64,000 bases of DNA, from positions 57,474,001 through 57,538,000 of the forward strand of contig OX597831.1 in the NCBI GenBank assembly GCA_951406725.2. Direction: 5' to 3'. The notes under the pieces are model-generated. The model made no database searches and was not told the DNA's origin. It worked only from the letters and a program-made list of their open reading frames with translations. How positions within the stretch are numbered: position 1 is the first letter of the stretch; the number at the start of each line of letters is the position of its first letter. The stretch is from Octopus vulgaris (Eukaryota). Below, piece by piece: positions 13,218 through 24,949 of this stretch. Both the position numbers and the translations under genes were made by a program.

Positions 13218-15384
13218 TTAAGCTGATGGATGAGCTAGTGAAGGGAAAAAAAGGACATCCTACACTCCTGTATATTCTCTATCACCAATGAAAGAACTAA
13301 ATTCTCGTTTTTCAACCTTAGCTATAAACGAGTTTACTAAAGAATGGCTGTATGAATTTGTGTGCTTTAGCTGTTGGCTTTTAACTCACAGCAGGCCCAC
13401 ATGCATTGAATGACCACCAGCAACTTGATTTAGATGTGGTAGCCTTCACAGAGACTTGAAATTACAGCATGAATACTCTAAATTAGTTAAGTTGATCGGC
13501 TCAGCTATGCTATTTTGAAACTTAAGGTTAGAGTGAACGTTCAGTCTGAACAGCAGGTCAATGGTCCTGAAGGTGAATGACCCTGTTGAAAGTAGCAAGA
13601 TGGTCAATGATGTCACGCATATACATGCATTCTCACACAAATACACACTACAATGTAGGAATCTAAATACATCCATGGCAACATTTAACTCATAATCAGA
13701 GACCCTGACATTCTGTGGCAGCACAAGAAAGGAAAGGAAAATGTGTCATGAAATCTGACTTTTCCAACTATTTGTTCAACAGTTGCAGAATTAATTTCAC
13801 AATGAATTTCTCAGAGGTGGAACAAATCAAAGGTCATCTATTGAAGGACAATAATAATCCTTTACATTATTGGTTGGAAATAAGTATTTCTTTTTCCTTT
13901 TTTTTTTCTTTATTGCTTTGTCAGAGGAAGAAGAGCAACACTTGTGATCTTTTAACAGATTGATGTCAGAAAAAGAAGAAACCACTGCATCAATTGGTGC
14001 AAATGCCAGCACCACATCAAAGACCTGATGTGAATGCTTGCAATGGATGGATTGCCCTAAAGGCATCACGAATCAGATTGTGGTGTTCAAATGGGTGAAG
14101 GGCTAGGCCTGTCACTTACCCAATAGTGGTTAGTCACAGTAAACACGCTAGTTTGTGATAAGTATAAGGAAGCTAAAAGCGTTCATTGGAGAACAAATTA
14201 CTGAGATTAATAAATGAATCAATGCATCATTTTACAATATGGAAAATCTAGTGAGTAGATCAGTTATTGATGAGGGCCAATATAAATGGTTTCAAATTTT
14301 GGCACAAGGCCAGCAATTTCGGAGGAAAGGATAAGTCTTTTATCTTTTACTTGTTTCAGTCATTAGACTGTGGCCATGCTGGGGCAACATCTTGAAAGTT
14401 GATTACATGAACCTCAGTACTCAACTGGTACTCATTTTACTGCCCCCTCACCGCCTCACACACACCAAAAAATTAAAAAATGGTGAAAGACAAAGTGGAC
14501 CTAAGCAGAATTTGAACTCAGAACATAAAGACAGACGAAATGCCGCTAAGCATTTTGCCCAACCTGCTAACAATTCTGCCACCTTGCCACTTTAGGGCCA
14601 ATGTAAATAATAAATAGTGAGTTTTAAAATGAAAAACTAGACTGTAGTTAAATAAGTTGAGATGGATTTAGTAATTGGCAGTAAATAACAAGAGACTTTT
14701 CCTAAGTCCAATTAGGCTGTGTAAGAGCTGTAACAAAACTGTTCAAATTTCAATATACTACCATATACCAAATAAAATTAGAATTCCTTTTATCTAGTAT
14801 CCTCTTTGGTAGAGGATACTAGATACGTAATCATCATCGTTTTAATGATCACCCTTCCAACCTTGCATGGGTCAGATGAAGTTTACTGATGCAGATTTTC
14901 TTCAACCAGAAGTCATTCCCATTGCTAAGTCTTACCTGTTTCCAAGAAAAGTAATATTTTCATATGACCAGAGATGTTTACACAGAACATTGGAAATGAA
15001 TGAGAATCATTTACAACAATCACATGATGTCAAGGCAAGAAGGCACAAACATAAACACACATAACAAGCTTCTTTCAGTTTCCATCTACCAGATCCATTG
15101 ACAAGGCTTTGGTTGGCTCAGGGCCATAGTAGAAACCACTTTCCCAAGGCGTCATGAAGTGTGACTTAACATCCAAAACCATATGGTTGGGAAGCAACCT
15201 TCTTGATCACACTAAAGTTAACATTTTCTAAGCTACAGGTTAACGTTCTATAAGTCACAGGTTAATTGATACTAATATTTTCTGAATTAAAGGTGGCAAG
15301 CTGGCAGAATCATTAGCATTTGAGCAAAATGCTTAGCAGTCTTTACATTCTGAATTCAAATATTTGGTGTGGATGAGATTTTCC

Positions 15385-16080
15385 AACAGAAGAGAATAAA
15401 TTTATTTAAGTGAATACACCTCTTAAATAACCCCTTTCTTGAATTTAGTTAGTTCATTAATTTTGGCCAGGATATGTATTCTTTTTGCTGTGCAAAGACC
15501 ACAAATCTTTGATATGCTTGAGCGTGCTTTCAGTCTTCCAATTTCTACATATCTCATGCTCATGTCATGAAATTCTATTTTTCAGGGTGTCTGAAGGATA
15601 ACTTAATGTTGTAAAACCTTTCCTTGAATGTCCCCTAGATTGCAGTTTTCTAAAAGCCCTTCTAAAAACCTTTGGCCTGGGTTGAAACCTGGCTATTATA
15701 ATATGATAGCAAGCACCTAACTTTTCTTATCAATCATCTGTTTTGACATGTTTGAGGAAACTTCATACACCAGGAACTTTAATGTTGCATGACAAGTTAG
15801 TGAATTTTTCCATTTGCTTGGTGGGCTTGTTTGAGATAATTGCATTCATACAGTAAGTTCAAGTTTAACATATCTTCACAGAACATCCACTAAAGATTTT
15901 TCTGTATTTGGGATTACCAAGTAAATGTTTATCTAGAAGAGCCAGAAAAATTTCCCCCGTGTTGGTCTTAACATTCAGATAAAAAGTAGGGGAGCAAACC
16001 ATATCTCTCAGGGTCTATTCTTGGACTGTGATTGTGTGTCGCATGGTATGTATGAGATTGTTTCCTTGAAGCCTTTATCT
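15385..16080 (-). mobile_element. Decayed Penelope-like element, C-terminal endonuclease region
   Basis: Minus-strand translation fragments KICGLCTAKRIHI and LNSRKGLFKRCIHLNKF resemble the PLE C-terminal CxLC...LNxR...CxHxNKF pattern. Confidence 0.5.
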
Positions 16081-16639
16081 TCTAGGACCCTATTGTAATA
16101 AGGTAAAGTTGACCTTGGTGGGATTTTAATTCAGAATTTAAAGGTCTGAAAGAAATACCACAGAGCATTTTTTTTCCAATACTTCAATGATACTGTCAAC
16201 ACACTGCCCTAATAATAATAGTAATAATTTCTAACATTGGCACAATGTCAGAAACCTGGGGAAATGATAGAGTCAGTTGCTTTAACCCCAGTATTTGATT
16301 AGAACTTTATTTTATCAACCCTCACCAAAGAAGATGGAAGGTAAGGCAGATCTCAGCAGGATTTAGAAAGTAAAAAATTGGACCAAATTCCACAAGGTAT
16401 TTTGTCTAACACACTCTATAAAAATAAACAAAATAAATAAAATTTTTTTAAACTTCACAAGTAATTAATATTTAGTGTTAACTTAATTGAAACCAACCAA
16501 TTATTTGCTTGTTGCTGTAGTCACAGTCATTTTTGCATGTCACCACAAGTTTCAAAATACTTAAAATACATTTGTTGTTGGTCAAGTAAATTAAGAAACA
16601 CAAGGTTCTATTCAGTCTGTGAACAAAGCAGAAAATTAT

Positions 16640-17110
16640 TCCGGCTTCCGTGCCAGTGGCATTTAAAGGGCACCATTCGAGTGTGATCGTTACCAGCCTC
16701 ATCTTACTGGCACTTGTGCCCGTGCTAGTAGGGTGCAAAGAGCACTATCTGAGCGTGATTGTTGCCAGAGCAGCCAACTGGCTTCCGTGCCAGTGGCACG
16801 TAAAAGGGCACCATTTAAGCGTGATCGTTACCAAAGTCGCCTTACTGGCACCTGTGCTGGTGGCATGTGTAAAAGGATTCGAGCGAGGTCGTTGCCAGTA
16901 CCGCCTGACTGGCCCCCGTGCCGGTGGCACATAAAAAGCACCCACTACACTCTCGGAGTGGTTGGCGCTAGGAAGGGCATCCAGCTGTAGAAACTCTGCC
17001 AAATCAAGATTGGAGCCTGGTGCAGCATCTGGTTCGCCAGCCCTCAGTCAAAATCGTCCAACTCATGCTAGCATGGAAAGTGGACGTTAAACGATGATGA
17101 TGATGATGAT
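16640..17110 (+). mobile_element. RTE 3'-derived short element with five internal subrepeats of about 65-70 bp and a (GAT)n tail
   Basis: Same 3' sequence as the LINE at 33840-34036. Related copies at about 20704-20940, 25617-25975, 44264-44550 (-), 49340-49584, 53851-54334 and 63565-63810. Confidence 0.85.
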
Positions 17111-17808
17111 TCTTCACAACTTTCCATGAGATTTGACATATTACGCTTGTGCACAAATGTTTCTTTAGAAGTCGAGCAGTGAAACAAACATTTTAAGCAA
17201 TGGACATTATTACTAATTAGGACTGCCATTAAACAAGCAGCAGCAGTTTTGTTGTTGTTGTTGTTGTTGTTGTTTAACTAACTCCATGTCAAATCTAATT
17301 AAGCAAGCCTATGATCAAAATGTGTTCCAGATGTGACCACTTTAGCATTTTTGTTTTGGATATCTTTTCTTTTCTTTTACTTGTTTCAGTCATTAGACTG
17401 TGGCCATGCTGGAGCACTGCATTCAAGAATTCTCAGTCGAATGAACTGAACTCAGTACTTACTTTTTGTTAAGCCTAGTACTTATTCTATCAGTCTCTTT
17501 TGCTGAACCACTAAGTTGCAGGGATGTAAATACACCAACACTAGTTGTCAAGTGGTACTGGGACACACACACACACACACACACACATATGCCCATATAT
17601 ATATGTGATAGGCTTCTTTCGGTTTCTATCTACCAAATCCACTCACAAGGCTCTGCTCAGCCTGTGATTATAGTAGAAGACACTTGCCCAAGGTGCCAAG
17701 CAGTAGGACTGAACCCAGAACCATGTGGGTGGGAAGCAAACTTCTACCACATAGCCACATCTGCACTTTTAAACAGCCACACCTGGAACTATATTATCTA
17801 ATATGCTT

Positions 17809-17814
17809 TTTATT
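17809..17814 (-). promoter_or_regulatory. Candidate polyadenylation signal of the SLC5A7-like gene
   Basis: AATAAA on the minus strand about 600 nt after the stop codon; no transcript evidence. Confidence 0.25.
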
Positions 17815-18099
17815 AAGACAATAGTGATATTTGAGAGACTTTGGCTGCTATTTCTAGCAGGTTAAGCAATCATGTACCAGCTTTCTCATTGGCTCAAACA
17901 CTACACAAATTAGTTTAGTGATATAAGGGTATGTGTACACTTCTTCCAACCAAGTATAATGAGAAAAAGTAGAGTAAAACATCTTGCTCAAGGATAGAAC
18001 CAACACACTTCTTCTTACCATCAGGTTCCTTTAATTTCTCAACTATTTTTACACTTATGTTGACAGTTATAGTAACAACAAGTGTATTAATGATGTTGT

Positions 18100-18102
18100 A
18101 AT

Positions 18103-18133
<31 letters not shown>

Positions 18134-18350
18134 GACGATAATGATGCTAACGCTGATGAGGAATGTAATGAAGATGATAATGATAATGCTGATGATGATG
18201 ATGATAATGATAATGCTGATGCTGATGAAGGTGATGATGATAATGATGCTAATGTTGATGAGGAATGTGATGATGATGATGATAATGCTAATGAAGGTGA
18301 TGATGATGATGATGCTAATGCTGATGAGGATTATGATGAAGATGATGACA
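18100..18350. repeat. Degenerate (ATG)n microsatellite in the presumed 3' UTR
   Basis: ATG/ATA/CTG triplet array starting about 70 nt after the SLC5A7-like stop. Confidence 0.9.
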
Positions 18351-18418
18351 GAGAATTCTGGCAATACAAAATTAAAAAACTAAATAGCTTGGATTCAAAA
18401 ACAGATTTTTTTTTTCAT

Positions 18419-18982
18419 TCAGGCATCGACACAATTAAGAATAAGTCCATCTGGGAGGTTTCCATTACCATCAATAACTGGTGTTGATGGCGTCAGTGGC
18501 AAGGCATTACGGGATGATGTGGTACTCGTCAGGGAGTAGCTCGATGCGGAAGTGAAACATTTTAAGACATCCCACTTTTTTGACAACAGATTCTTCTGAA
18601 AGACCCACTTGAACGTCCAGGAGACAGAGATTATCGCAAATAAAGAAACTAACATGGAAAATGTTCGGAAGGCAAACAACTGTCCCTTCTCCTTGCTGTA
18701 AAATGGGAAGTGGATGAAAGGAGGAATGTCTAAATAGTCAGATGAACCCCCGCCCAGTCGTAGGATGAGACTTAGAATGAAGCCGACTAAAGCTCCGTAT
18801 GTGTTTGACTGTTTCGACATCATCACACAAATCAGTTGAGGGAAGATGATGACAAAGACGAAATCAGATGCAAGGATGAAAAGTCCGTAAACAGTAGAAA
18901 TGTATATAGCAACAAGTGTTGATAATGTTCCAATTAGAATGACAGCTATCCGCAACACGATCAATAGTTCTCTTTCAGAAAC
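18419..18982 (-). CDS. SLC5A7-like: SLC5A7-like last coding exon
   Basis: Polypyrimidine tract and ctgtctAG| acceptor; phase 0, 564 nt ending in TGA. Encodes VSERELLIVLRI...TVYGLFILASDFVFVIIFPQL...NTYGA...LRLGGG...FAFRTFSML, matching the CHT1 C-terminal transmembrane region. Confidence 0.95.
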   Translation of the reverse strand, partial: VSERELLIVLRIAVILIGTLSTLVAIYISTVYGLFILASDFVFVIIFPQLICVMMSKQSNTYGALVGFILSLILRLGGGSSDYLDIPPFIHFPFYSKEKGQLFAFRTFSMLVSLFAIISVSWTFKWVFQKNLLSKKWDVLKCFTSASSYSLTSTTSSRNALPLTPSTPVIDGNGNLPDGLILNCVDA

Positions 18983-19175
18983 CTAGACAGAATAAAGTAG
19001 AGAAAGAGAGGAATTTTAGAGACATTTACTTATATAATAAAAATAGTTCAAGAAACAAAATGTTATATAATTTCAAGTAAATGAATTTTAAGAAAAATAC
19101 ATAAATAATACAACAACAGTATTTATATAAGATAAATATAATAGGTGCAGGCATGGCTGTATGGTAAGAAGCTTG

Positions 19176-19586
19176 CGGTGAGCTGGCAGAAACGTTAGCA
19201 CACCGGGTGAAATGCTTAGCGGTATTTCGTCTGCCATTACGTTCTGAGTTCAAATTCCACCGAGGTCGAATTTGCCTTTCATCTTTTCGGGGTCAATTAA
19301 ATAAGTACCAGTTACGCACTGGGGTCGATATAATTGACTTAATCCGTTTGTCTGTCCTTGTTTGTCCTCTCTGTGTTTAGCCCCTTGTGGGTAGTAAAGA
19401 AATAGGTATTTCGTCTGCCGTTACGTTCTGAGTTCAAATTCTGCTGAGGTTGGCTTTGCCTTTCATCCTTTCAGGGTCGCTAAATTAAGTCCCAATTGCA
19501 TACTGGGGTCGATGTAATCGACTTAATCCCTTTGTCTGTCCTTTTTTGCCCCCTCTATGTTTAGCCCCTTGTGGGCGATAAAGAAA
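19176..19586 (+). mobile_element. Family B SINE dimer inserted in a family A SINE
   Basis: TSD taagaagcttg at 19165-19175 and 19587-19597. Confidence 0.85.
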
Positions 19587-20517
19587 TAAGAAGCTTGGTT
19601 TTCTCAACTACTAGGTTCCAGGTTCAGTCCTGCTGAGTGGCACTTTGGGCAAGTGTCTTCTACTACTGCCTCAGGCCAAGTGAAGTCTTGTGAGTGGCGG
19701 TGTGTGTGTGTGTGAGTTTGTCCCCCACAAATGCTTGACAACCAGTGTTGGAGTGTTTACATCCCCATAACTTGGTGATTTGGCAAAATGGATTGATAGG
19801 ATTAGGATGAGGCTTTAAAAAAATAAGTCCTGGGGCTAACTTGTTTAACTAAAACCTTTCAAGGTGATGCCCCAGCATGGCCACAGTCAAAATGACTGAA
19901 ACAAGTAAATGGTAAATAATAATATCATCATCATCATCATTTTATGCCTAGTCCCCCCCCCCCCCTGCTGTAGATTTTTCCACCTTCAGATGCCTTTCCA
20001 GCTGTCAACACTTACCTATTATTCAAGTAAAGTATTTTTATTCCACTTCCCTCTGTGCTGAAACTCACAAAGTTACTGAGCAATAGGAGTTGTAAACATT
20101 CGTAGGTGTAGGAGTGGCTGTGTGGTAAGTAGCTTGTTTACCAACCAAAGTTGTTAGAAATATGACCTCCACCACAAGTATTTTATTTAGAACAGTCATA
20201 GAACCAAATAAGACAAAAGTGAATGCTAATCCCAGCCTCCAATTACTGCTGATGCTATCTTGGAGGTGTTTAGACATAACACGACCTCTCTTCCCACCTG
20301 AACAATAACTAGACTTCCTGGTCTCTTCACCCAAACATTGATTGATTTTGCTAAGTGATATTTGAAGACTAACAACACTGAAAGTCACACATGACATGCT
20401 TAGCTATACTAATTTTAGTCAGTAATGCGTTTTACCTGGGTGACAAAGTTCAATAGTGAGAATTAGTTTACATCAATAAAAACAAGGAGAAAAAAAGGGA
20501 AAAAAAAACATATTTAA

Positions 20518-21002
20518 CCCTTTAGCATTTAAACTGGTCATATCCAGCCAAAATATTCTGTTTTAGGTTCAAACTGACCAGATCCAATCTCTCATTCCAA
20601 TTCTACAATGTCAGTCTAAAAATTAGCAATCACATCGAAATCTTGAAGTTACAAGATAATGCATGATTAATTCATGATTAATGCATGATTAAATGATTAA
20701 TTTATGTGCCGGTGGCACATAAAAGCACCCACTACACTCTTGGAGTGGTTGGCGTTAGGAGGCGCATCCAGCTGTAGAAACTCTGCTAGATCAGATTGGA
20801 ATGATTGGCGTTAGGAAGGGCTGTAGAAACTCTGCAAGATCAGATTGGAGCCTGGTGAAGCCATCTGGTTTGCCAGTCCTCAGTCAAATCGTCCAACCCA
20901 TGCTAGCATGGAAAGCGAACGTTAAACGATGATGATGATGAATTCAAAACAACAGGAATAAATCAGCATTACATTTGACAGAGAAATCTGAATGCTAAAG
21001 GG
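20518..21002. mobile_element. piggyBac-type MITE family 2 with an RTE-tail insertion; decayed reverse copy at about 53752-54455
   Basis: TTAA|ccctttagcatt...aatgctaaaggg|TTAA. Confidence 0.8.
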
Positions 21003-21040
21003 TTAAGCAACCAAACTATCAAGCACAAAGACATACTTAC

Positions 21041-21147
21041 ATTTTTTCTAATGACCTCTCTGTAGATATTATATGTAAACATAGACCCAGAACCAAAGAA
21101 AGCTCCATCCACTGAAGACATGACCGCAGCAGATATAGCAGCCATAC
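21041..21147 (-). CDS. SLC5A7-like: SLC5A7-like penultimate coding exon
   Basis: Acceptor cttttttatccAG| and donor |GTaagt; 107 nt, phase 1 to 0. Encodes (G)MAAISAAVMSSVDGAFFGSGSMFTYNIYREVIRKN, containing the SSS-family SAAxMSSxD sodium-site motif. Confidence 0.93.
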
Positions 21148-21298
21148 CTGGATAAAAAAGAAGAAAATTACGGAGATGTACTTGATGCAGCATGGAATTT
21201 TGTCAGTGAACAGGTCGCGGTCTCAAAACGACGAAAATATTTCGACAAATTAAATTTAAAAGTTGAAGTGAATCTAACGGTTTTTGTGTGTTTCTTAA

Positions 21299-21519
21299 CC
21301 CTTTCATTACTGCATTTATTTTGAGATGCTCTGTGTTTCTTTCAATTATTTTAGATGTAACAAAGAATTTAGTAAAATAACTTCATTATCATTATGCTAG
21401 TGTTAGGAACATAAATTGTGACTAAGGTTTGGTGAAGGATTTTAATTCAAAATTTATGAAAACAAGACATTTGTACTACAGAGCCAGAGCTGGTTTCAGC
21501 CGGGTTGGTAACGAAAGGG
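21299..21519. mobile_element. piggyBac-type MITE family 1, reverse orientation
   Basis: TTAA TSD and CCC/GGG ends; reverse complement of 12999-13217. Confidence 0.85.
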
Positions 21520-22320
21520 TTAAATGGCTTATAAACACCTTCCACGCTGCAAGAAGAAAATTGTTAATAGTTTACTATTATTGTTATTTTCACTGAGCAA
21601 CATTATCATTGTAATTATGTCTGTTCTTTCCATTTTGGCATGCTTCGCTTCACACTTCATGCTCTTGTTTAATGAGGCTGGGGTCATCCCAGGTCAGTGG
21701 TCCCAGAGATGTCATCATGCGTACAGCTGACCTGGTCTACCAGTGCTCTCCATTGCTGGCTCCCATGCCAGCTCCTCTGCATCCTATTTAGGCATGAAAC
21801 AAAGGCTTATTAAAGCAATTACTTTATGGTCAATGCCCTTCCTGTTACCAACCCTTACTCGATTTTTCAAGTCAAGTAAGCTATTTTTATTCCATTGGGC
21901 TTCATGGGAAACCAATGAAACCTCTAAACTATGAGATACATTGTTTGCAGGAGACTTAAATAGCCTGAATAGATAGAGCAAATAGCATTTACAACTTTAA
22001 ATTGCATCATTGTGAAGTCACACAGAAACAGCATACACATGTGCATGCATAGATGCACACATATACACACAATCTTTCATACAAGTTCCATCTCCTAAAT
22101 TTCACTCACAAAGCATTGTCAGTCTATGGCTATAGTAAATGACACTTGCCCAAGGTGCCACACAGTGGGATCAAACCTGAAACCAGATGCTTGTGAAGCA
22201 GCCTTTGTAACCATTCAGCCATGCTTACATCTCAAATAGAAAATATGTTTCTTTTAGTAAGTTATCCCAGCAGGAAAGACCAATACCTTTTACCTTTGTA
22301 GGCCCACCTGGACAAGTGAG

Positions 22321-22400
22321 ATGAAGCTCAGCTTATAGGAGAAAATATGAGCTCAGCTTATAGGAGAAAATATGAAGCTCAGCTTATAGGAGAAAATATG
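22321..22400. repeat. 26-bp minisatellite, three copies
   Basis: atgaagctcagcttataggagaaaat repeated three times. Confidence 0.9.
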
Positions 22401-23292
22401 GTGAGAGAGGGAACCAAAGAAAGAAGATATGCTCTAAAAATTTTACATCAGAGTGAGTGCCACTAAAAACAATGAAGGTAACAAATTGTTGGTGGGGTTA
22501 AACCAGATTGTGTGTTAGACTCACCAATATTTTTACTAAAACCACTCTAAAATCTTGACTGTATCAAAAATTATTTGAAACATGGAGGTAGTCGACTTGT
22601 TACAATTACTAACATGTAAAGGTTTAATAGTTTATCAAACGTTCACCATTATGTAAATTAAGAGATACACTTGTAAAGGGAGCAGCAATTATAACCCAGC
22701 TCTGAAATTACATTGGTCCGTCTGGTAAGATACATGCCAATCAGTTAACATACAAATAAATAACACAGGAGGCTACTGAGAAGAACTGTCACAGGTCATG
22801 GGATACAGAAATGAGTGGTGGACCAAGATTATTTGGATCCAAGCAAGCTTGACCCAATGTCAGCATTGATGATGATGATGGTGGTCATGATGATAACAAC
22901 AAAGATGATCACAATAAGGAGAATGATGATAATGATGTACTAAGGTCCCTTGGCAGAACAGCAAGGTTAAATGGAAACTGAAAACAATATGCTAATGAGA
23001 CAAAATCACTAGCGTTGCAAGTAGAGTTGGTACAGAAACAATTGTAACAAATCATTAAAGATGCGTTAAAGAATCTTCTTTGTCTTCTTATTATTTGTAT
23101 ATATATATATATGGTCCACTAAGCTGTAAATGAGTAACCCTGTATTGGCCAGGTGTCCTGTTCAAGGAAATGTTGGGCTGTGGGCGGCCCACCTAGCCAG
23201 GAGAGTGGCATCATTTGAAAGATACAACAGTGTGCTTCTGCTGCATGCTGTGGACAGTGGTGTGTGACAACATCTGATAGTCTAGTCAATAG

Positions 23293-23335
<43 letters not shown>

Positions 23336-24097
23336 TAAATTTGTAGAGTCGTTGGTGTTGGGAAGGGCATCCAGCTGTAAAAACCATGCCAAAACAGTGA
23401 CGCCTGGTGCAGTCTTCTGCCTAGCCAGCTCCTGTCAAACCATCCAACACATGCCAGCATGGAAAGCAGACATATGATGATGATGATGATGATGATGATG
23501 GATGGATGGATGGATGGATGGATGTATGTATGTGTGTATGTATGTATGTATGTATGTATGTATGTATGTACACATACACACACATGCACAACAGGCTTCC
23601 ATAGTTTCTATTTACCAAAACTTCATTCACAAAGCAGTGGGCTGCCCCAAGACCATAATACAAAACACTTTCCCATGTGTCATGTAATAGGATCAAACCA
23701 CAAAAAAATCATTTGGTTGTGATGGGAACTTCATTATCCTCACAGCTATGTTGCATACCTGACAAGAGTAAGGCAGAGAGAGACAGAGAGAGTCACTGTC
23801 AATAATCTCAACATAAAGTGATGTGGTGTCATTCATAACTATAATACTATGAGTGGGTAATTATCTACAGATGATTAATTTAACTCTTTAACCTATCAAG
23901 AAAATACTTTTAGATTTTATTGTTACCCAAACACTCATTCCAAGGTACACACATGCATACTTGATCATGCATTTGCATTCACACATCTGAACACACATTT
24001 ACATACACACCTGACTGCAGACATAAATATACATACTTATATATATATATATATACACACACACACATACATACACACACATATAATAGGTGTATAG

Positions 24098-24141
<44 letters not shown>

Positions 24142-24949
24142 TACACACCTGAATGCAGACATGAATATACACACACATGCACACACACCTTGATACATAC
24201 ACACATCCACCCACACATATCAATTGAGAAAATAAATTTTTAAAAAATAATAAGAGAAATATATAGCAATTGTGTTAAAACAGGAAACTATTTGAAAAAA
24301 TAACAAAAAAAAAATGTCAGTCACTTATGAGAGACTGGCTTTTGAAAAGCAACAGCTGAAAGTGTCTATTACATTGGCGATATGGAACGAGAAAGAGAGA
24401 GAGAGAGTAAGGAAGGAAGGAAAGAAAAAAAAGGAAATAAAGGAAAGGAAAAAAGGAAAGAAAGAAAACAGGAGGAAAGAAAGGAAAAAGGTAAATGTCA
24501 GGATGATAAAAGCTGTAAGAGACCAAATATAATCACTTTCAACAGAGAACAAGACCAGCAAGCCAGATTGGTTGGGGTGGAGGGGGTAAGGAGGGGGCAG
24601 TCAATCATCAGTCAACCATCAATGGATGACATATTTTATCTTAGTGACTCCATCTTCGACCTATTTCCAGAAGGACAAAAAATGTAAAATTAACTGACCA
24701 TGGTTGGATTTGAACTCAGTGTAAAGGCATATGTCTGCTCTAACCTTTATCACAGTGTCTCTCAACCATTCTTTTTACTTATGGACCCCTTTGATTTCTA
24801 TTTCCTTTGGATGTACCCTCCTAGCCATCTGATGTTTAAAAGAATGATATTAGTTTTTTTATAATTAGTTATTTATTTGGAATCGTATAAACAAAATTGT
24901 TAAAACATTCTGTGTATTGTAGACGTGTAACCAATTTATTGCATATAAA

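Noticed and set aside
13400-14150. Short ORFs in non-repetitive-looking sequence
   Set aside because: No recognisable motif or consistent splice structure; possibly an old transposon relic.
16640-16945. Repeat-spacer pattern suggesting a CRISPR array, or a pistol/twister ribozyme
   Set aside because: The intervening parts are homologous rather than unique, the context is a eukaryotic retroelement and there are no cas genes. The P2/P3 and catalytic core of pistol, and the twister consensus, could not be fitted.
17915-18383. Poly-Ile and poly-Met ORFs
   Set aside because: They derive from the (ATG)n microsatellite downstream of the real stop.
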